Below are positions 57,524 through 64,000 of a DNA stretch of 64,000 bases, one piece after another (position 1 is the first letter of the stretch; every line of letters begins with the position of its first letter). The DNA is taken from contig JBHLRP010000003.1 of NCBI GenBank assembly GCA_048882485.1, forward strand, positions 96,001 through 160,000. The letters are read 5' to 3'. Origin of the DNA: Candidatus Thorarchaeota archaeon. Its GTDB lineage: Archaea; Asgardarchaeota; Thorarchaeia; Thorarchaeales; Thorarchaeaceae. Position numbers and translations under genes: made by a program. Below the pieces are notes generated by a model. The model searched no databases, was not told the origin of the DNA, and saw only the letters and a list, made by a program, of their open reading frames with translations.

Positions 57524-58459
57524 GTGATTATGATGAGACCACCGTGTGAACTCGTTCAAAAGGAGTATCTGCCAAATCTGAGAGCTAATCTTGCAAAGAG
57601 GCTTCACGAGTCAGGCCAGTCACAGATTGAAATTGCCAGAAGGATGAACATCACTCAGGCTGCAGTGAGCAAATACCTCAGTCAAGGAAGTAAGAAAGGC
57701 TCACTGCAGAAAGATGTGGACATTCTCGCAGAGAAGCTCACTAGCATGATTCTTTCAGATGCACCTCGCCAAGACACAATGGTGAAGGAGATATGCAAGA
57801 CCTGCATGTATCTTCGAATCGGGTCTACAATCTGCAAGATGCACAGAGACTCTGTACCTACCTTGGGCGAAGTGAAATGTCAAATTTGTACTGATCTCCT
57901 TGCAGGTGAAGAAAGGGAGTTTACAGGTAGAGGAGTAACACTGAGGGACCTTCAAGGTGCCCTCACTCTAATATCAAACGCCTCCCAGTTCGCACGTCTA
58001 ATCCCTCAGGTGAGAGCCAATCTCGTAGCATGTGGGGTCGATGCTAGAACACAGATGGATGTCGCCGGCGTTCCGGGAAGAATCACCCTTGTAAACGGGC
58101 GTGCTGTTGCTCTCACATCTCCTCAATTTGGTGCTTCGCGACATACTGCCAACCTTCTTCTTTGGGCGCGATCAAATTGGCCACCAATTCAAGCTTGCCT
58201 TGGTATAAGTGGAACTGAGGAGATAGTCGCGGCCGCAGAAGATAGCGGTTTCAAAATGATAAGCCTATCAATGCCGGCTAGTGATCATGAAGCAATTTCT
58301 AACGCTGCTCAGAAATTCATAAAGGGTCTGAAAAAGACGCTGCAATTCATTGCTATTCATGTCCCTGGTGGAATTGGCGTAGAGCCCATTCTTTACCTAT
58401 TTGGCCCAAGCGCGATGGCCTTAGCCAATGAATCGATAGCCTTGAGTATGAAGCTATGA
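57524..58459 (+). CDS. thiR: ThiR transcriptional regulator (HTH + ThiN-like domain)
   Basis: RPPCE, SQIEIARRMNITQAAVSKY, LIPQVRANL, DVAGVPGRI, PQFGASRH, GGIGVEP. Confidence 0.88.
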   Translation: MIMMRPPCELVQKEYLPNLRANLAKRLHESGQSQIEIARRMNITQAAVSKYLSQGSKKGSLQKDVDILAEKLTSMILSDAPRQDTMVKEICKTCMYLRIGSTICKMHRDSVPTLGEVKCQICTDLLAGEEREFTGRGVTLRDLQGALTLISNASQFARLIPQVRANLVACGVDARTQMDVAGVPGRITLVNGRAVALTSPQFGASRHTANLLLWARSNWPPIQACLGISGTEEIVAAAEDSGFKMISLSMPASDHEAISNAAQKFIKGLKKTLQFIAIHVPGGIGVEPILYLFGPSAMALANESIALSMKL

Positions 58460-58528
58460 GGTCCTGTCATACACATCCTTGACTCTTGCATTTCATCTAT
58501 CTCGATTTGCGAGAGTGCGCATGCAATG

Positions 58529-58939
58529 TTATACTAGTTCTCCTAGTATAGATATCATGTTCCATATTTTGGATAGAATGTCTGTATAGGTTATTATGCC
58601 TACGAGGCTCTCCTCTTGCATGACTGGTATCTTCCTAACCCGCTTTTCTGCCATGATTTTGACTACCTCTGCCACGCTGGCGGATTCGCATATCGTTATC
58701 ACGGGGTGAGTCATGATTTGCTTCGCTGCAATGGTTTCTGGGGATAGGCAAGGCTCAACCACCCTCATGAGGACGTCGCGTTCGGATATTACACCAACCG
58801 GCTTATTATCCTGTACAACAATTATCGACCCTATGTTGAACCTATTCATGGTGGCGACGACCTCTTTAACGCTGGAGTCTGGTCCTGTCACCCTAACACC
58901 CTTCGTCATGACATCTTTGACAAGGAGCGTATCAACCAT
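58529..58939 (-). CDS. CBS-pair domain protein
   Basis: VKDVMT, IGSIIV, VGVISERD, VRKIPV, VGIITYTD. Confidence 0.93.
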   Translation of the reverse strand: MVDTLLVKDVMTKGVRVTGPDSSVKEVVATMNRFNIGSIIVVQDNKPVGVISERDVLMRVVEPCLSPETIAAKQIMTHPVITICESASVAEVVKIMAEKRVRKIPVMQEESLVGIITYTDILSKIWNMISILGELV

Positions 58940-59254
58940 CGTGTGCTTTCAATCCTTGGCTGCGCGCGCATGTTTTTGGTTCCACATACTCACATCCTAT
59001 TAATCAACATGTCTTAAATCATGGAGTAATAAGCCATCTTTCGCTCTCCGTCTTTCTTCTTTAAGGTGTTGCTCTTGGCCTGCTTCTTTGACCATTTTAT
59101 GTTGGTCTAGTGCAAATTGATGCCTACCACGTTGGCATTCAGTTTATGCACATTTAGGATAGTCATCGCATAGTAAGCAGCTCTTGACAACTGCGGGAAT
59201 ACCTGCGACAAGAACGGTAAGAGTGGTGGGGGTAATACAAAGCCAGAAGTAAGG

Positions 59255-60235
59255 ATGTATCTTCCAATCTGTAGCAAGGTGCTGACTCAGAATCATAATA
59301 AGGATTCAACGAAATCCGTTGAGTTAAACATCCTTATTTCTTCATGGAACGAGCATCAGTTGACACCACAATCTGGGCGATCCGCGATGGTCAAGATTAG
59401 AAATGGATTGATGAAGGACTGCAAAGACCTCCTAGAAGTATATATGGGCACTCGATGGTCCGAGGGATTCACTACTGTTGAACAGGTGAAACTAGAACAC
59501 AAGGGGGTAGCTTTCGAGAAATGGGGCTGGCTTGTGGCTGAGGCAAGAGGCAAAGTAGTCGGTGAAATCCTGTGTCGCATTGAAAAGAATCCAGTTGCTG
59601 GAAGAATCGGAATCATAAGGAACCTCGGCATAGATGTTCGGCATCAGAAGAAAGCAATTGGAACCAAACTGACTAAAGCAGCTGAAAAGGTGTTACGCTT
59701 AAAGAAGGCGGGAAGGTTCGTTGGTACCACGACTCCAGAGGCTTATAACTACTGGATGAAAGTTGACTATCATAAGCGATACTGGCTAATGAGAATTGAA
59801 GCGCTTCTCTCGAAGATACCTGCAAAGAGATCAAAGAAGTTGCATCGAGAACTCCTCTCCAACCCAAAAGGACTTCCAAAGAGTATGCGCTTCTCTAACC
59901 TTGCCTATCCTGGAGAACTAGCGGAAGTTGTCAGAGAAATCATCACCTATGGAAAATCGGGGTTGATGATGGAGTTTCACTCAGAGAATGCTTTGTTGGG
60001 CGTGGGTGCAGTTGTTATGCGGGATGACAAGACAGCGAAATTCATGGCCGATGTAACGCCCAAAGGAGTAGATTTCGCAGATCTCGTAGTATTGCAGACC
60101 GCAAAGGCAGCGGCCAAGTTGAAGCCCAAATCTGTTTGGACTCTAATTCCTGAGGATAAACTGCCATGGTATAGGGGATTGGCCAAATGGAAGTCCGAGA
60201 TGTATCGGAACTTCCCTGTGACCAAATTAGCCTAG
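59255..60235 (+). CDS. GNAT acetyltransferase-like protein
   Basis: LVAEARGKVVG, LGIDVRHQKKAIGTKL, AYNYW. Likely start MVKIR (~59387). Confidence 0.78.
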   Translation: MYLPICSKVLTQNHNKDSTKSVELNILISSWNEHQLTPQSGRSAMVKIRNGLMKDCKDLLEVYMGTRWSEGFTTVEQVKLEHKGVAFEKWGWLVAEARGKVVGEILCRIEKNPVAGRIGIIRNLGIDVRHQKKAIGTKLTKAAEKVLRLKKAGRFVGTTTPEAYNYWMKVDYHKRYWLMRIEALLSKIPAKRSKKLHRELLSNPKGLPKSMRFSNLAYPGELAEVVREIITYGKSGLMMEFHSENALLGVGAVVMRDDKTAKFMADVTPKGVDFADLVVLQTAKAAAKLKPKSVWTLIPEDKLPWYRGLAKWKSEMYRNFPVTKLA

Positions 60236-60240
60236 TCTCC

Positions 60241-62433
60241 CTATTCTTCTGTTTCCATTGCCAGAGGTACTGCGATGTTAGTGAAAATCAATGCGGCTCC
60301 TATTGCCCATATACTTGCCATATTGATGTGCCATATTGCGAATGGAAGAGAGTTCACACCCATCGCAAAGAAGACTCCTGCTACTACTACAATAAATAGT
60401 AGGTCTGCGATGAGCACCGCCCTGATGGGCCCTCCACTTCTCCATCTACGAAGCGGGAAGCCGAGTGCAATAACAAGAATGATGATCCCGCTGACGATCT
60501 CTTCAAGTTTGAAGTTTGCGAACCCGTAAAGTTCTTCGTCGAATCCTTCAAGGCCTTCATCTGTCACAACCTGAACTTTCACAACATGTTCCCATTTGCT
60601 GTACTGGTTTGTATCGATTTCGAATGTGGCCTCTCCGACATCTACCCGGAGCCCTTCAAGAGCTGTCACAACTTCATCATCCACAAATACAGTCAGGTTG
60701 ACAATGTCCCAAGTGCTATCAATTTCCACGGTGAATGTAGTCACACCGACAACAACATCATCCAAAGGAGAAACGAAACTCACAGATGGTGCACCATGAT
60801 TATCTACTTCAAGAATTATCTTGTATGTGAAAGCAAATTCATCAATGGCATATGCCTTGAATGTGAAGTTATGCTCTCCTTCAGAGTATCCGACGGTGTC
60901 GATATTGAACGATGCAATGCCGGTCTCTAGCGTTACGTTTACAACATCAGGTGCAAGGGCGTCATCAACATAGGCTGACAACGTCACGTTCGGATAGGGA
61001 GATTGAATTCGAATGGTGATACTGGCATTGCCTGAGATCTTGTCATAGACGGTAAGGTCTCTTATTTGGATTCTAACATGATCGAGGAAATTGTAGACTC
61101 TTGATGCTGTGCTTTGAAGCCCTTCCTCAGTTTCAACAATCGCCACAATCGTCTGGTCACCATTCTCGTAGCGGCTTCCATTTATCGTGTAGATACCTAC
61201 TCCGCTGGCAACGAGTGTATGATTGTACTCGGATGTGATTTCATCGTCGACGGTAATTGTGAGGTACACAAACTCATAATCTGAAGTAATATTCAATGTG
61301 AAATCGTCAAGTCCGGTGAAGACTTCACCTGCATCGGGTGTCAGAAACACAACAGCCGGCTCCCCGTGATTGTTTACTGAGAAGATATACAAATAGGTGA
61401 TGCGGGCGTTCTCTCCAGTCACATTGTACTCCAGCAACAGTGTGAAGTTTAGAGCACCTTCTCCGAGGATTGTTGTATTCAGCTCTAGGTCATGTTCACC
61501 GTTGGCAATGTAAGTCAAATTGAATTGGGGATATTCGATCTCGTCCTCCACAAACAAGGTTAGATTTGCTCCACCGTAGTCAGAGCCAAGCTCCACAGTG
61601 AGGTTGAAGGCATCACTCACTTGGCTCTGGTTAGTTGGAGAGATTAAGGAGAGTGTTATGGGCTGCCCATCATTGTCCACAATGAAAACAAGGTAGAATC
61701 GATGAGTGTCCTGAAAATTAACGACATCATAGTCAAACATGAGGGTGAAGTTATGCAGGCCTTCTCTAACGCTGGTTGTGTCAACCTGAATCTCCTGCGG
61801 CTCACCAACTATTGTAACACCATCATATGTAGGATAGATCTCACCTTCTATGTAGAGTGTGAAGTTGATGAAAGCGAAATCTGATGTGATGTTGAGCAGC
61901 AGATTCGCTGTCCCTGTGAGTGTGCTTTCATTTGCCGGACTTGTGAGGCTTACTTCGAAGTTCACAGAATCGTTGTCAACGAAGTATTCTAGGAAGAATG
62001 ACTCCTTCTCATCCCAAGTCACATCTTTGTACTCAAGGAGTATAGTGAAGTTGAGATTGCCCTCTGGAACCGATGGCAATGTCGTGTCCACAGATAGTAT
62101 CTGAGTCCCACTTCCAATCAATGTCTTGTTGTATGCTGAGTAGATTGCATTCTCAATGAACAGTGTGACATTTAGATTACCAAAGTCCGATGTGATATCA
62201 ATTGTGATATCCAGTGTGCCCGAAGTTCTGCTCCTATTTGTGGGGCTGACCAGACTAACAGAGATGTTCTGAGAGTCGAAGCCGCCAGTAGCAAAATAAT
62301 TAGGATCCTTTAGGCTCGCTGTCATGGAACCATCATTTGTGGTCATAGCAAGCGGTTGAATATAGGCAACTCCAGCCAACATCATGGCAAGGAGCAGTAT
62401 TGATAGCAGTCTACTCGTTGACTTCATAGTCAA
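60241..62433 (-). CDS. Membrane-anchored surface glycoprotein with six Ig-like repeats
   Basis: Signal peptide, six ~100-aa repeats (SLxSPxN..ITSD..NxTLxxD..EGxxNFT..VDN), many NxS/T sequons, 3 C-terminal TM helices. Confidence 0.85.
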   Translation of the reverse strand: MTMKSTSRLLSILLLAMMLAGVAYIQPLAMTTNDGSMTASLKDPNYFATGGFDSQNISVSLVSPTNRSRTSGTLDITIDITSDFGNLNVTLFIENAIYSAYNKTLIGSGTQILSVDTTLPSVPEGNLNFTILLEYKDVTWDEKESFFLEYFVDNDSVNFEVSLTSPANESTLTGTANLLLNITSDFAFINFTLYIEGEIYPTYDGVTIVGEPQEIQVDTTSVREGLHNFTLMFDYDVVNFQDTHRFYLVFIVDNDGQPITLSLISPTNQSQVSDAFNLTVELGSDYGGANLTLFVEDEIEYPQFNLTYIANGEHDLELNTTILGEGALNFTLLLEYNVTGENARITYLYIFSVNNHGEPAVVFLTPDAGEVFTGLDDFTLNITSDYEFVYLTITVDDEITSEYNHTLVASGVGIYTINGSRYENGDQTIVAIVETEEGLQSTASRVYNFLDHVRIQIRDLTVYDKISGNASITIRIQSPYPNVTLSAYVDDALAPDVVNVTLETGIASFNIDTVGYSEGEHNFTFKAYAIDEFAFTYKIILEVDNHGAPSVSFVSPLDDVVVGVTTFTVEIDSTWDIVNLTVFVDDEVVTALEGLRVDVGEATFEIDTNQYSKWEHVVKVQVVTDEGLEGFDEELYGFANFKLEEIVSGIIILVIALGFPLRRWRSGGPIRAVLIADLLFIVVVAGVFFAMGVNSLPFAIWHINMASIWAIGAALIFTNIAVPLAMETEE

Positions 62434-62557
62434 GCCTTCCTGATACCCAGTGACCAGTGGTCAGGCTGGGGCGACAGGATTGAGCCCGTTTTTAAAGCTA
62501 GCGCCGGTTTGATATTCGTACGACTACTGATGTTGAACCGCATTCAATTCCCTTATA

Positions 62558-63511
62558 TTGGAATACGGAGCAAAGCCGCTGATGACGCAGACAGGACTTG
62601 TAACAAACATCCAAAGATGTTCGACTGAAGATGGACCTGGTATACGCACAACTGTTTTCATGAAAGGCTGCCCAATGAGTTGCACTTGGTGCCATAATAT
62701 CGAAACCATTGATTCCGAACCACGAACAGTTTGGTACTCCACAAAATGCATCGGTGACAAAGCCTGCATCGAAGCCTGTCCAGAGGGGGCTCTCACATTT
62801 CTTGAGGAGGGCATGCGGATTGACCTAGAGAAATGTAAGACCTGTGGGACATGTGAAGATGCCTGTCCAACGGGAGCCATTAAGGTCATGGGAAAAGAAT
62901 GGGAATCAAAAACTCTTGTTGAGGAGCTCCTTCGCGATAGGGTCTTCTTCACGACATCTGGTGGTGGAGTCACTCTATCTGGCGGAGAAGCAACCTATCA
63001 GTCAGATTTTATGGTAGAGGTTGCTGAGGGTTTACGTGCCGAAGGAGTTCATGTCGCACTAGATACATGTGGTTACTGCAGTGAGTCTGTGATCAAGAAA
63101 GCATTGTCTGTCGTCAGCATGGTTCTTTACGATCTGAAGGTAATGGACGCCGAGAAGCATTTGGAATACACTGGAGTTCCTTTGGACCTGGTCTTGACAA
63201 ATGCCAAGATTGTAGCTGAGAGCGGATTGCCCGTGTGGATTAGGACGCCAATAATTCCCGGATACACCGACGATGAAGAGAATATCAGGGCAATCTCACG
63301 ATTTGTAGTTGACAATATGCCCAATATTGAGAGATTCGACCTGCTAGCGTTCAACAAGATGTGCATCGACAAGTATGCCCTTTTCGGATTGGAGTATCCG
63401 CTCAAGGATGAAGAGCTTATGACGCCCGAGAGAATGGAGCATCTAGCCTCGATTGCCAGAGAGGAAGGTGTATCGAATGTTATATGGTCTGGAATGACCA
63501 AAGTGAGCTGA
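62558..63511 (+). CDS. Glycyl-radical enzyme activating enzyme with ferredoxin insert
   Basis: DGPGIRTTVFMKGCPMSCTWCHNIE, CKTCGTCEDACP, GGGVTLSGGE, DTCG, RTPIIPG. Confidence 0.93.
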   Translation: MEYGAKPLMTQTGLVTNIQRCSTEDGPGIRTTVFMKGCPMSCTWCHNIETIDSEPRTVWYSTKCIGDKACIEACPEGALTFLEEGMRIDLEKCKTCGTCEDACPTGAIKVMGKEWESKTLVEELLRDRVFFTTSGGGVTLSGGEATYQSDFMVEVAEGLRAEGVHVALDTCGYCSESVIKKALSVVSMVLYDLKVMDAEKHLEYTGVPLDLVLTNAKIVAESGLPVWIRTPIIPGYTDDEENIRAISRFVVDNMPNIERFDLLAFNKMCIDKYALFGLEYPLKDEELMTPERMEHLASIAREEGVSNVIWSGMTKVS

Positions 63512-63599
63512 TGAATATGCCAAGGCATATTCCATAACGCAAAATGCCACACCACAATCCTTTTTGTTCACAATATTCAGCAAATCTTTCGAGCCATCG

Positions 63600-64000
63600 A
63601 TGAGGACCTGGGCATATTCCACAAAGGACGGAGCCTCCATAACAGTGCGTCATGCAGTTCCGGCTGATGCTAGGAAGCTTCACGGTGGATTTAACGAGGT
63701 CATTCAAGAGGGGATTTGGCTTCCGACATTCAATGCTAATAGCAACATTGCTGACTGGGTCAACTGGATTCAACGGACCAATCAATGTCGCGACGTGATG
63801 TTGGTCGCTGAGATTGATGATGAATACACGGGACATCTTACTCTTCAGACAGAGGAATGGATGGCGTCTGGGCATGTCGCCAAGCTGGGCATTATTGTAG
63901 CCAAAAAGGATAGAGGGAGGGGTATTGGCCGGGCTTTGATGAGAGCAGCTGAAGAGGCGGCGGTGGATTCTGGCTTTGAAAAGATTGTGCTTAGCACTTT
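63600..64000 (+). CDS. GNAT acetyltransferase (runs off window edge)
   Basis: Manual translation MRTWAYSTKDGASITVRHA...LGIIVAKKDRGRGIGRALM. Confidence 0.88.
   Translation, partial: MRTWAYSTKDGASITVRHAVPADARKLHGGFNEVIQEGIWLPTFNANSNIADWVNWIQRTNQCRDVMLVAEIDDEYTGHLTLQTEEWMASGHVAKLGIIVAKKDRGRGIGRALMRAAEEAAVDSGFEKIVLST

Noticed and set aside
58940-59380. ncRNA or small Cys-containing ORF (…SCLLCDDYPKCA, minus strand)
   Set aside because: About 50 codons, no recognisable family or RNA structure.
308-63875. Numerous 60-176 aa ORFs antisense to or nested in called genes (e.g. 308..595, 33983..34513, 49170..49628, 63480..63875)
   Set aside because: Ser-rich shadow frames overlapping well-supported genes, with no motifs.

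Overview
Gene-dense archaeal chromosome window, most likely an Asgard archaeon (Thorarchaeia-like). This is an inference from roadblock, gelsolin-like, longin-wHTH, SNAP-like and split Alg13/Alg14 genes plus CDC48 with a HbYX tail. The left ~21.6 kb is a visibly more AT-rich surface-glycan island. It holds FkbM/class I methyltransferases, a beta-propeller lectin built from a triplicated 264-bp unit, GT4/GT2 transferases, a PIG-L deacetylase and an IPCT-like cytidylyltransferase with a TagF-like phosphotransferase. Its most notable element is a tightly coupled 9-gene operon (MaoC, ACP, AMP-ligase, Fe-ADH, LuxE, LuxC, LpxD-like, GalT-like, Sfp-type PPTase) with a convergent Ser hydrolase, i.e. 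a self-contained ACP-dependent acyl activation/reduction/sugar-N-acylation system, unusual for archaea. The right part is core-like. It includes an FAD/CCG oxidoreductase pair, a tandem pair of longin + 2x winged-helix paralogs resembling NPRL2/NPRL3 (GATOR1), a stand-alone divergent NifB-like radical SAM, a zf-AN1-M50 protease divergent from Hsp20-CDC48, GH38, gelsolin/roadblock genes, a thiamine ABC transporter with ThiR and its candidate operator, and an Ig-repeat surface protein. One 150-codon ORF is interrupted by a single in-frame TAG. No rRNA, tRNA, CRISPR array or transposase was recognised. All calls are from motif reading only; no database searches were run.
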